Shown piece after piece: positions 23,551 to 36,704 of a DNA stretch of 64,000 nucleotides. How positions within the stretch are numbered: position 1 is the stretch's first letter; each line of letters opens with the position of its first letter. The DNA lies in contig NC_134033.1 of NCBI RefSeq assembly GCF_964204645.1, forward strand, positions 16,066,655-16,130,654. Reading direction: 5' to 3'. The position numbers were made by a program, and so were the translations under genes. The notes under the pieces were generated by a model. The model did no database searches, was not told the origin of the DNA, and saw nothing but the letters and a program-made list of their open reading frames with translations. This DNA is from Tubulanus polymorphus. Its lineage: Eukaryota > Animalia > Nemertea.

Positions 23551-23859
23551 CTTTTTTTCATAATTTTCATCGGATCTCACTTTATTCAATACAACAGAAT
23601 GAATGCATTCAATCTTGGTTTCAAACTATTACTTTCCACTTTTTTCATACATTCGTAGCATTGATACCGTTACATTAGATAAGTCCCTCCTCCTTTAATA
23701 TTTGAAAGAAGATTCTAGTTAAGCATATAGTAATAAGCGTTTTACATCGAAGACATTTTGTCACAGGCTGAAGAGCATTTTATATCATATGTCAAGAAAT
23801 AAGGATTGGAGTGACGTTGCTTCCTGTGATCTCTGATCTGTTAGCTTGCAAGAGTATTT

Positions 23860-24870
23860 AACTATCACTTGTTTGTAAATGATTGAGAGTACTTTACCAT
23901 TACTGGTTTGCAATATGTTTTACCATCATTGGTTGCAGTTATGAAAAAAATCATCTCATCGATTGTGCATACTTCCCCCTCACTGGTTGTCACTTCATCG
24001 GTTGCAGCTATGAACAATCATCTCAATGATTGAGCTAATTTCCCCTCACTGGTTTGAAATATAATTTCCCCTCACTGGTTGCAGTTCACTCTATTGGTTG
24101 CAGCTATGAACAATCATCTCATCGATTGTGCATACTCCCCCTCACTGGTTGTCACTTCATTGGTTGCAGCTATGAACAATCATCTCATTGATTGTACATA
24201 CTTTCCCCTCACTTGTTGTCACTTGATTGGTTGCAGCTATGAACAATCTCATTGATTGTGCATACTTTCCCCTCACTGGTTGTAACTTCATTGGTTGCAG
24301 CTATGAACAATCATCTCAATGATTGAGCTAATTTCCCCTCTCTGGTTTGAAATGTAATTTCCCCTCACTGGTTGCAGTTCTCTCCATTGGTTGCAGCTAT
24401 GAACAATCATCTCATTGATTGAGCATACTCCCCCTCACTGGTTGCAGTTCACTCTATTGGTTGCAGCTATGAACAATCATCTCATCGATTGTGCATACTT
24501 CTCCCTCACTGGTTGCAGTTCACTTGATTTGTTGCAGCTATGAACAATCATCTCATCGATTGTGCATACTTCCCCTCACTGGTTGCAGTTCACTCCATTG
24601 GTTGCAGCTATGAACAATCATCTCATCGATTGAGCATACTTCCCCTCACTGGTTGCAGTTCACTCCATTGGTTGCAGCTATGAACAATCATCTCATTGAT
24701 TGTGCATACTTCCCCTCACTGGTTGCAGTTCACTCCATTGGTTGCAGCTATGAACAATCATCTCATCGATTGAGCATACTTCCCCTCACTGGTTGCAGTT
24801 CACTCCATTGGTTGCAGCTATGAACAATCATCTCATCGATTGTGCATACTTCCTCTCACTGGATTGCAGT
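23860..24870. repeat. ~70-bp tandem array
   Basis: ttggttgcagctatgaacaatcatctcatcgattgtgcatacttcccctcactggttgcagttcactcca; period 70 at the 3' end, more variable at the 5' end. Confidence 0.95.
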
Positions 24871-25969
24871 TTTCAGCTTTTGTTTGATGATGATAAGTGC
24901 TTGTTTTATCATTGGTTCTACACGAACAGTTATGAAAATGTTTGAAGCCTTTGCCAGACGTCTTGTGGGTTCGATCTCTTTAAGAAAAAGCTAAAAGGGT
25001 TTCGATTGGAATACAGTTTGTCTCCTCCAGCAACAAACGTCCATAGTCTAGAATAAACTGATTTGCATTTGTAAAAAAGCTTTGATAGGTGTATCGCTAC
25101 ATTTCCTACAAGACTCCTCTCTCTCCTCTCTCATCACGAAATGTGAATTACTGCTAAATTAATTGGTGGTGATAAAAGTTAAGTGTTACAAAACACTGAA
25201 AGTTGGTGTCTTGAAACAATGATAAATGTAATGAAACATTGATAGATGTACTGATCTTGCGGTTTGTTCTACCTCCTTCCTCTGCTACGAGGTGATATAT
25301 CGTGCCATTTTTATATACAATATCAAAATCATAGACAATTAAAATCTTGTGGTGGCATGGCTTCTCCTTTTGTTCTCTATAACTCCCGGTAATGGCCTTG
25401 CTATGACATCAAACGAGTATCAAATACAGAAGATACTCCTTTCTTCTCCTTTAAAAACGGCAAATACTGTTGTTTGCTACTATGGCAAATACTGTTGTTT
25501 GCTACTGCATGTTGCTCATTCCACTCTGTTCTAAGGGGTGATATTGAGTTTTGGAGTCTCTTCTCCTTCCCTTGCCTTCTTGAATTGTCAAATAGATGTG
25601 ACTTACAATACTGATTACTTCCTTATTTGAAAACTTCATGTTGCTGATGCTTGCTATCATTCAACTGTTTTGGTTGTGATATTGAGTTTTAAACGTTGTG
25701 TTAGGTGTACATGCCTCCTCTCCTCTCTCACCTCTCTCATCAAAAATTAAATAAGACACTCCTTTTTTATATACATTTAGTTTTTTGCTGTGGTTTCCTC
25801 AATAGAAAAGTTTGAAATGCGCTGCAATCAATGAGCAATTTCAAACTATGGATCAATTACTGGTGGTGATGAAAGTTAAGTGTTACAAAACACTGTGGGT
25901 AGATTACTGCTAAATCAATTGTTGGTGATGAAAGTTAAGTGCTACGAAACACTGTGGGTGAATTACTGC

Positions 25970-28900
25970 TAATTTATAACTGATGACCTCCTTTAATACT
26001 GCTGCTTGGTGCTGGGTGTTAATTAATACACTCTGTTTTGGAGTGATATTGAGTTCAGGAGTCTCCTCCTTCCTTCTTCAACTGTCATGTAGAAACATGA
26101 CAAAATACTGAATTGTCAGTGTGTTACAACACTGATGACCTCCTTTAATACTGCTGCTTGCTGCTGGGTGTTAATTAATACACTCTGTTTTGGAGTGATA
26201 TTGAGTGCAGGAGTCTCCTCCTTCCTTCTTCAACTGTCATGTAGAAACGTGACTTACAAAATGAATTGTCAGTGTGTTACAACACTGATGACCTCCTTTA
26301 ATACTGCTGCTTGCTGCAGCGTGTTAATTCTTACCACCTTCCATGAACTTCTTGAATTATTACATCAAACATTATTACAATAAGAATTATTACATTAAAC
26401 ATTATAACATCATGAATCATCCTCCTTAAATACTGCTGCTTGCTGCTGGCTCTGTTTTGGGGTGATATTGAATTCAGGAGTCTCCTCCTTCCTTCTTCAA
26501 CTGTCATGTAGAAACGTGACAAAGGAACTGAATTGTCAGTGCGTTACAACACTGATGGGCTCCTTAAATACTGCTGCTTGCTGCTGCGTGTTAATTCTTA
26601 CCACCTTCCATAAACTTCTTGAATTATTACATTAAACATTATTACGATAAGAATTATTACATTAAACATTATAACATCATGAATCATCCTCCTTAAATAC
26701 TGCTGCTTGCTGCTGGCTCTGTTTTGGGGCGATATTGAGTTCAGGAGTCTCCTCCTTCCTTCTTCAACTGTCATGTAGAAACGTGACAAACAAACTGAAT
26801 TGTCAGTGTGTTACAAGACTGATGACCTCCTTTAATACTGCTGCTTGCTGCTGGGTGTTAATTAATACACTCTGTTTTGGGGTGATATTGAGTTCAGGAG
26901 TCTCCTCCTTCCTTCTTCAACTGTCATGTAGAAACGTGACAAAGGAACTGAATTGTCAGTGCGTTACAACACTGATGACCTCCTTTAATACTGCTGCTTG
27001 CTGCTGGGTGTTAATTCTTACCACCTTCCATGAACTTCTTGAATTATTACATTAAACATTATTACAATAAGAATTATTACATTAAACATTATAACATCAT
27101 GAATCATCCTCCTTGAATACTGCTGCTTGCTGCTGGCTCTGTTTTGGGGTGATATTGAGTGCAGGAGTCTCCTCCTTCCTTCTTCAACTGTCATGTAGAA
27201 ACGTGACAAAGGAACTGAATTGTCAGTGCGTTACAACACTGATGACCTCCTTTAATACTGCTGCTTGCTGCTGCGTGTTAATTCTTACCACCTTCCATGA
27301 ACTTCTTGAATTATTACATTAAACATTATTACAATAAGAATTATTACATTAAACATTATAACATCATGAATCATCCTCCTTGAATACTGCTGCTTGCTGC
27401 TGGCTCTGTTTTGGGGTGATATTGAGTGCAGGAGTCACCTCCTTCCTTCTTCAACTGTCATGTAGAAACGTGACTTACTAACTGAATTGTCAGTGTGTTA
27501 CAACACTGATGACCTCCTTTAATACTGCTGCTTGGTGCTGGGTGCTAATTGATACACTCTGTTCAGGGGTGATATTGAGTGCAGGAGTCTCCTCCTTCCT
27601 TCTTCAACTGTCATGTAGAAACGTGACTTACTAACTGAATTGTCAGTGTGTTACAACACTGATGACCTCCTTTAATACTGCTGCTTGGTGCTGGGTGCTA
27701 ATTGATACACTCTGTTCAGGGGTGATATTGAGTGCAGGAGTCTCCTCCTTCCTTCTTCAACTGTCATGTAGAAACGTGACAAACGAACTGAATTGTCAGT
27801 GTGTTACAACACTGATGACTACCTTTAATACTGCTGCTTGCTGCTGGGTGTTAATTAATACACTCTGTTCAGGGGTGATATTGAGTGCAGGAGTCTCCTC
27901 CTTCCTTCTTCAACTGTCATGTAGAAACGTGACTAACAAACTGAATTGTCAGTGTGTTACAACACTGATGACCTCCTTAAATACTGCTGCTTGCTGCTGC
28001 GTGTTAATTATTACACTCTGTTATGGGGTGATATTGAGTGTTGGCGAGTTTTGCTCCCTGAGCATCCTTATTGCGACTTAACGTTTTAAATGTATAAATA
28101 TTCAAAGCAGCTATCCATCGATAGCTTTGTGGTGGTTGAATCTTTGAAATGTCGCTGGTGTTGGTACATTGTATATATTGTAATATATAACGGTGAAATG
28201 GGATTGATCATGTTTTGTGATTGTCCTTATTGCGACTTTACGTTTTAAATGTATAAATATTCAAAGCAGCTATCCATCGATAGCTTTGTGGTGGTTGAAT
28301 CTTTGAAATGTCGCTGGTGTTGGTACATTGTATATATTGTAATATATAACGGTGAAATGGGATTGATCATGTTTTGTGATTGTCCTTATTGCGACTTTAC
28401 GTTTTAAATGTATAAATATTCAAAGCAGCTATCCATCGATAGCTTTGTGGTGGTTGAATCTTTGAAATGTCGCTGGTGTTGGTACATTGTATATATTGTA
28501 ATATATAACGGTGAAATGGGATTGATCATGTTTTGTGATTGTCCTTATTGCGACTTTACATTTTAAATGTATAAATATTCAAAACAGCTATCCATCGATA
28601 GCTTTGTGGTGGTTGAATCATTCAAATGTCGCTGGTGTTGGTTCTGTGTGTATATATTGTAATATATGTCGGTGAATTGGGACTGATTATGTTTCCTGAT
28701 CGTCCTTATTGCGACTTAACATTTTAAATATATAAATATTCAAAGCAGCTATCCATCGATAGCTTTGTGGTGGTTGAATCTTTGAAATGTCGCTGGTGTT
28801 GGTACATTGTGTATATTGTAATATATGTCGGTGAAATGGGACTGATCATGTTTTGTGATCGTCTTTTTTGCGACTTAGCGTTTTGAATGTATAAATATTC

Positions 28901-31900
28901 AAAACAGCTATCCATTGATAGCTTTGTGGTGGTTGAATCTTTGAAATGTCGCTGGTGTTGGTACATTGTATATATTGTAATATATGTCGGTGAAATGGGA
29001 TTGATCATATTTTGTGATCGTCTTTTTTGCGACTTAGCGTTTTAAATGTATAAATATTCAAAACAGCTATCCATCGATAGCTTTGTGGTGGTTGAATCTT
29101 TGAAATGTCGCTGGTGTTGGTACATTGTATATATTGTAATATATGTTGGTGAAATGGGATTGATCATGTTTTGTGATTGTCCTTATTGCGACTTTACGTT
29201 TTAAATGTATGAATATTCAAAACAGCTATCCATCGATAGCTTTGTGGTGGTTGAATCATTGAAATGTCGCTGGTGTTGGTACATTGTATATATTGTAATA
29301 TATGTCGGTGAATTGGGACTGATTATGTTTCCTGATCGTCCTTATTGCGACTTTACATTTTAAATGTATAAATATTCAAAACAGCTACCCATCGATAGCT
29401 TTGTGGTGGTTGAATCATTGAAATGTCGCTGGTGTTGGTACATTGTATATATTGTAATATATGTCGGTGAATTGGGACTGATTATGTTTCCTGATCGTCC
29501 TTATTGCGACTTTACATTTTAAATGTATAAATATTCAAAGCAGCTATCCATCGATAGCTTTGTGGTGGTTGAATCATTGAAATGTCGCTGGTGTTGGTAC
29601 ATTGTATATATTGTAATATATGTCGGTGAATTGGGACTGATTATGTTTCCTGATCGTCCTTATTGCGACTTTACGTTTTAAATGTATAAATATTCAAAAC
29701 AGCTATCCATCGATAGCTTTGTGGTGGTTGAATCATTGAAATAATGCTGGTGTTGGTTCTCTGTGTATACTGTATCAGCAAATTATTATCACATTACGCA
29801 TTTTAAAAGTGTTATACTCAAAGATGCTTTTGTTTGATTGCTTCACTTTGGTTCCTTGCACCTGAAGGTTGTTAACTGTCATATAGAAACATGACAAACA
29901 AACTGAATTGTCAGTGTGTTACAAGACTGATGACCTCCTTAAATACTGCTGCTTGCTGCTGGGTGTTAATTGATACACTCTGTTTTGGGGTGATATTGAG
30001 GTCAGGAGTCTCCTCCTTCCTTCTTCAACTGTCATGTAGAAACATGACAAACAAACTGAATTGTCAGTGTGTTACAAGACTGATGACCTCCTTAAATACT
30101 GCTGCTTGCTGCTGGGTGTTAATTGATACACTCTGTTTTGGGGTGATATTGAGGTCAGGAGTCTCCTCCTTCCTTCTTCAACTGTCATGTAGAAACGTGA
30201 CAAAGGAACTGAATTGTCAGTGCGTTACAACACTGATGACCTCCTTTAATACTGCTGCTTGCTGCTGGGTGTTAATTCTTACCACCTTCCATGCACTTCT
30301 TGAATTATTACATTAAACATTATTACTATAAGAATTATTACATTAAACATTATAACATCATGAATCATCCTCTTTAAATACTGCTGCTTGCTGCTGGTTC
30401 TGTTTTGGGGTGATATTGAGTTCAGGAGTCTCCTCCTTCCTTCTTCAACTGTCATGTAGAAACGTGACAAAGGAACTGAATTGTCAGTGCGTTACAACAC
30501 TGATGACCTCCTTTAATACTGCTGCTTGCTGCTGGGTGTTAATTCTTACCACCTTCCATGAACTTCTTGAATTATTACATTAAACATTATTACTATAAGA
30601 ATTATTACATTAAACATTATAACATCATGAATCATCCTCATTAAATACATCTGCTTGCTGCTGGCTCGGTTTTGGGGTGATATTGAGTTCAGGAGTCTCC
30701 TCCTTCCTTCTTCAACTGTCATGTAGAAACGTGACAAACGAACTGAATTGTCAGTGCGTTACAACACTGATGACCTCCCTTAATACTGCTGCTTGCTGCT
30801 CTGTTTTGGGGTGATATTGAGTGCAGGAGTCTCCTCCTTCCTTCTTCAACTGTCATGTAGAAACATGACAAACAAACTGAATTGTCAGTGTGTTACAACA
30901 CTGATGACCTCCTTAAATACTGCTGCTTGGTGCTGCGTGCTAATTAATACACTCTGTTCAGGGGTGATATTGAGTGCAGGAGTCTCCTCCTTCCTTCTTC
31001 AACTGTCATGTAGAAACGTGACAAACGAACTGAATTGTCAGTGCGTTACAACACTGATGAACTCCTTTAATACAGCTGCTTAATTGATACACTCTGTTTT
31101 GGGGTGATATTGAGTTCAGGAGTCTCCTCCTTCCTGCTTCAACTGTCATGTAGAAACGTGACAAACGAACTGAATTGTCAGTGCGTTACAACACTGATGA
31201 CCTCCTTAAATACTGCTGCTTGCTGCTGCATGTTAATTTATACACTCTGTTTTGGAGTGATATTGAGTTCAGGAGTCTCCTCCTTCCTGCTTCAGCTGTC
31301 ATGTAGAAATGTGACAAACAAACTGAATTGTCAGTGCGTTACAACACTGATGACCTCCTTAAATACTGCTGCTTGCTGCTGCGTGTTAATTATTACACTC
31401 TGTTATGGGGTGATATTGAGTGTTGGCGAGTTTTGCTCCCTGAGCATCCTTATTGCGACTTAACGTTTTAAATGTATAAATATTCAAAACAGCTATCCAT
31501 CGATAGCTTTGTGGTGGTTGAATCTTTGAAATGTCGCTGGTGTTGGTACATTGTATATATTGTAATATATGTCGGTGAAATGGGATTGATCATGTTTTGT
31601 GATTGTCCTTATTGCAACTTTACGTTTTAAATGTATAAATATTCAAAGCAGCTATCCATCGATAGCTTTGTGGTGGTTGAATCATTGAAATGTTGCTGGT
31701 GTTGGTACATTGTATATATTGTAATATATGTCGGTGAAATGGGATGGATCATATTTTGTGATCGTCTTTTTTGCGACTTAGCGTTTTAAATCTATAAATA
31801 TTCAAAGCAGCTATCCATCGATAGCTTTGTGGTGGCTAAATCATTGAAATGTCGCTGGTGTTGGTTCTGTGTATATATTGTAATATATGTCGGTGAATTG

Positions 31901-33395
31901 GGACTGATTATGTTTCCTAATCGTCCTCATTATGACTTTACATTTTAAATGTATAAATATTCAAAACAGCTATCCATCGATAGCTTTGTGGTGGTTGAAT
32001 CTTTGAAATGTCGCTGGTGTTGGTACATTGTATATATTGTAATATATGTCGGTGAAATGGGATTGATCATGTTTTGTGATTATCCTTATTGCGACTTTAC
32101 GTTTTAAATGTATAAATATTCAAAGCAGCTATCCATCGATAGCTTTGTGGTGGCTGAATCATTGAAATGTCGCTGGTGTTGGTTCTGTGTATATATTGTA
32201 ATATATGTCGGTGAATTGGGATTGATTATGTTTCCTGATCGTCCTTATTGCGACTTTACGTTTTAAATGTATAAATATTCAAAACAGCTATCCATCGATA
32301 GCTTTATGGTGGTTGAATCTTTGAAATGTCGCTGGTGTTGGTACATTGTATATATTGTAATATGTCGGTGAAATGGGATTGATCATGTTTTGTGATTATC
32401 CTTATTGCGACTTTACGTTTTAAATGTATAAATATTCAAAGCAGCTATCCATCGATAGCTTTGTGGTGGTTGAATCTTTGAAATGTCATTGGTGTTGGTT
32501 CTGTGTATATATATTGTAATATATGTCGGTGAATTGGGATTGATTATGTTTCCTGATCGTCCTTATTGCGACTTTACGTTTTAAATGTATAAATATTCAA
32601 AACAGCTATCCATCGATAGCTTTGTGGTGGTTGAATCATTGAAATAATGCTGGTGTTGGTTCTCTGTGTATACTGTATCAGCAAATTATTATCACATTAC
32701 ACATTTTAAAAGTGTTATACTCAAAGATGCTATTGTTTGATAGCTTTACTTTGGTTCCTTGCACCTGAAGGTTGTTAACTGTCATATAGAAACGTGACAA
32801 ACAAACAGAATTGTCAGTGTGTTACAACACTGATGAACTACTTTAATACAGCTGCTTAATTGATACACTCTGTTTTGGGGTGATATTGAGTGCAGGAGTC
32901 TCCTCCTTCCTTCTTCAACTGTCATGTAGAAACGTGACAAAGGAACTGAATTGTCAGTGCGTTACAACACTGATGACCTCCTTTAATACTGCTGCTTGCT
33001 GCTGGGTGTTAATTCTTACCACCTTCCATGAACTTCTTGAATTATTACATTAAACATTATTACAATAAGAATTATTACATTAAACATTATAACATCATGA
33101 ATCATCCTCCTTAAATACTGCTGCTTGCTGCTGGCTCTGTTTTGGGGTGATATTGAGTGCAGGAGTCTCCTCCTTCCTTCTTCAACTGTCATGTAGAAAC
33201 GTGACAAAGGAACTGAATTGTCAGTGCGTTACAACACTGATGACCTCCTCTAATACAGCTGCTTAATTGATACACTCTGTTTTGGGGTGATATTGAGTTC
33301 AGGAGTCTCCTCCTTCCTTCTTCAACTGTCATGTAGAAACGTGACTAATGAACAGAATTGTCAGTGTGTTACAACACTGATGACCTCCTTCAAAA
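25970..33395. repeat. Higher-order satellite built from 153-bp (A), 267-bp (A+insert) and 159-bp (C) units
   Basis: Order: A-block 25970-28060, C-block 28066-29760, linker, A-block 29875-31440, C-block 31448-32660, linker, A-block 32780-33395. The junction and linker sequences are duplicated too. Confidence 0.97.
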
Positions 33396-33804
33396 GGTGT
33401 TGATAAAAGTTATGTGTTACAAAACACTGTCGGTAAATTACTGCTAAAACAATTGGTTGTGATAAAATTGAAATTTAGTGATCCCTCCACCTCTTAAATT
33501 GTCAAGTTAATTGTGACATAAACTGAATTATAAGTGACTTAAGGCTGGGGTGATATTGAGGTTTAATGCCTTCCCCTCCTTCCCCTTCTTGAAATGACAA
33601 AACTGAATTGTTAGTGACTTGATTATATTACTCCACTTAAGGAGTGATAAAATTGTCAGCGTCTAAACTTTGATGATAAGGTAAACCAGTTTCTAAGTCT
33701 GTGAGCCGACAGTGTAAAAAACTTTTAGAATTCAAATTGCTTTAAACATCTTCAGAAAGATGGTTGATCATCGTAAACACTGGTGAAAACAATTGACATC
33801 TCAA

Positions 33805-33928
33805 TTTGCACTTGACGTCCCAATTTACACTTGACATCCCATTATGCACTTGACGTCAAAATTTGCACTTGTCGTTTCACTTTGCACTTGGCGTCTCACT
33901 CTGCACTTGACGTCTCACTATGCACTTG
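33805..33928. repeat. 19-bp tandem repeat x7 with TGCACTTGACGTC core
   Basis: Seen directly; one perfect TGACGTCA at 33851-33858. Confidence 0.85.
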
Positions 33929-34244
33929 CACCGATGCATCAATTGCACTAAACAGCACTGGCACACCCGCGGGTCCATGCGCATGGTAAACAAATTGATC
34001 AGCATGCAGCATGCCATCTTTGTGTGTGGAAAGAATTTTGAAAACAGCTGTGAGTTTGAAGTTAAGAAACGTATTATTTGTATCATTCTTTGTAAGATCT
34101 CTAATAACGATGATGTAAACAAAAACATAATATCAATTTTATGATGGTAAAAATGTCAAATAATTAAATATCAATTTGTAAAACGAGAGGAAAGAGAAAG
34201 ATGAAAGTACCGGAAAGAGAAGTGTTGGATTGGTGTCTGTTGTC

Positions 34245-36015
34245 AGTAGAAATCTGAGGTACTCTACTGAGGAATCTCCATGCCACAACCCCCCCCCCCC
34301 AAACAGAAAGTTCAAGATGATACTGAAAGTTCCTGAGGTTCTTAGAAATTTTACTAAGTAAAGACTATAAATCAGGTATAGTATAAATTGTTATGAATTT
34401 CTTTGTAGATAACAATGTTCTCAACTAAGACTGTAAGTAAGTATTACATGTATTTCATATTTCCCTGTTGTAGCGTGTATTGATTTGGTCGGCAAGTACA
34501 AAATACCAAACGATCGACAGGAAACATCCAGGATTGTTCCAGTCGTCGTTGAGAAATATTTAAGGTGTCATGAGTCTGAATTGACTATGAATTAGGTAAA
34601 ATTATACTTGATATGAACTTCTTTGCAGGAACAGTTGACTTAAAGAAGATGGTTACGTTTATTTTATGTACTTTTGTTGTAGCCAGTGGACTGTTGTTGT
34701 TAGAGACGATCAAAACCAGAGGAAAGGAAAACATCAGAGAAGTGTTGAGCAAATTCCTCAAGGTCCGAGTCATGAATCTGAATTGACTATAAATCAGGTA
34801 TGATTGAAATTTATTTTGAAGAAGAGTCTCAAAAATGATATCATTATTCATATTTTGTGTTTTATCATTGTAGTATTGAGCTTGTGGTTGGCTGTAGAAT
34901 ATCAGACGACAGGAAAAGATCAGAGATCAGAGATGCTGACCAATTTCCCCGTCAATTCCGGACTTATTTCAGTGATTGTATGTAGAAATCGAAGTACTCT
35001 GGGGAATCTCCACATCAAACAGAAAGTTCAAGATGATACGAAAAGTTACTGAAGTTCTGAGCAATTTCTCTTCTAAGTCATGTGTCTAAATTGACTATAA
35101 ATCAGGTAAATTGAACTTATGAATTTCTTTGCTGGAACAGTCGACTCAATGAGACTGGTTACTTTTATGTATTTTTGTTGTAGCTAGTGGACTGTTGTTG
35201 TTAGAGATGCTCAAAACCAGAGGAAAGGAAAACATCAGAGTTCAGGAAGAATTGAGCAAATTCCTCAAGGTCCGAGTCATGAATCTGAATTGACTATAAA
35301 TCAGGTAAAATTGAAATTAGATGAATTTTGTTTTTATGAAGAGTCTTATGAATGAAAATCATAGTTTATTTATTACATTGTTGTTGCAGTTGGTATTGAG
35401 TTATTCGTTACACAATACCAGATAGATGGAAACGATACCGATGATGCAGATCAATTTCTTCTTGAAAAACCGAAGATTCATGTGTCTGAATCTACTAAAA
35501 ATCAGGTATAATTGAAATTTATTTTGAAGAAGAGTCTTAAAAATTATATCATTATTCATATTTTGTGTTTTGTCATTGTAGTATTGAGCTTGTGGTTGGC
35601 TGTAGAATTCAGACGACAGGAAAAGATCAAATCAGAGATGTTGAACAATTTCTCCGTCAATTCGGCACTTTCAGTGATTGTTACCACGAGTTAGCGCAGT
35701 AGAGTTCCAGAGATGCCGACCAATTTCTCTGTCAAATCGGGACTTTCAGTGATTGTTACCAGGAGTTAGTGCAGTAGAGTTCCATCCAGAGATGCCGACC
35801 AATTTCTCCGTCAAATCGGGACTTTCAGTGATTGTTACCACGTGTTATCGTAGTTCCAGAGATGCCGACCAATTTCTCCGTCAAATCAGGACTTTCAGTG
35901 TTTGTTACCGCGAGTTATCGTAGTTCCAGAGATGCCGACCATTTTTTTCCGAGGCTGATAGCTTCAGTATAGGTTGAATGTAAATACACATTGTACATCC
36001 ATTGAAAAATAAATA
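34245..36015 (+). ncRNA. Candidate spliced non-coding transcript (or decayed gene) made of tandem exon-intron modules
   Basis: Six donors (gactataaatcag|gta-like) and six T-rich ttgtag/ttgcag acceptors define introns of 76-98 nt; AATAAA at 36008. No continuous ORF. Confidence 0.4.
35630..35945. repeat. ~68-bp tandem repeat, 4-5 copies
   Basis: ccagagatgccgaccaatttctccgtcaaatcgggactttcagtgattgttacc repeated. Confidence 0.85.
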
Positions 36016-36535
36016 TGAATTGATGGTTTGATTGGCTGGTTTGTTGTTGAATCTGATTGTGGGTTATTAATTACTGATGTGCTGCGACTTTGCGTTTTTA
36101 AATGCATACATTTCAAAGGGCTTCTCTTTTTTGTTGAACTGGTTGAATTATTTTGTAAATGATAATTGAGGATGTCAAACTTTGGTTTAGAGTTTTGTTA
36201 CAGTGATGAATGAATGCACTGTATATGTGGAGATTATGTACTTGTGACTTTGCGTTTGTTTTTGTAAATACATTTATTTCTTTAAAATGATTGTTTTTGT
36301 GTTGCATCTCATTCTGAGGATGTTAAACTCTTAACTCAAGATACTCGGTTTGCTCTTGACTTGTTTGATTATTATATTGATGAAAACATTGATTTTATGG
36401 TGTTTGATTATCTGTTGAACTATTGTTTATGAATACCATTTGAACTACTAACCACTAGTTGTTTTAACATCAGTAACATTAGTGGTCAGTTGTTCTCTAC
36501 AAATTATATGTGTTATTATTTCTTTATATAATGTA

Positions 36536-36704
36536 CAGTGGACTCTCTTAACTAGAATCATTTCAAGTCCAGTCACTTTTATCTTGGAGTAATGATTCTT
36601 CAAGCTTGGACATAAAGACATTGAGCTATTGCATTGAAATTCTTTTATCTGCAGGTGACAATTATCACCTCGTCTTAATTGATTCGAGTTAGTAAGGTCT
36701 ATTG
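36536..36704. mobile_element. Tc1/mariner-pogo-type MITE
   Basis: TA|CAGTGGACTCTC..AACTAGAATCA ... TGATTCGAGTTAGTAAGGTCTATTG|TA: imperfect TIRs with TA flanks. Confidence 0.6.

Noticed and set aside
23256-23570. 104-aa ORF with YLQIYNIYKRNKNY repeats
   Set aside because: Translation of a 42-bp AT-rich minisatellite and the adjacent GA tract.
26135-33207. Numerous 60-140 aa ORFs in the satellite as a peptide or toxin gene family
   Set aside because: They recur only because the unit is repeated; sister copies have stops and indels, and there is no promoter or polyA context.
25970-33395. Hammerhead ribozyme (retrozyme) in the 153-bp unit: GAAAC-gTGACAA..TTGTCA-GTG..CTGATGA
   Set aside because: The core words are in type II order, but the cleavage triplet would be GUG, no stem II closes the core, and TCAGTGT/ACACTGA pairing sequesters CTGA. 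An Infernal search could confirm the rejection.
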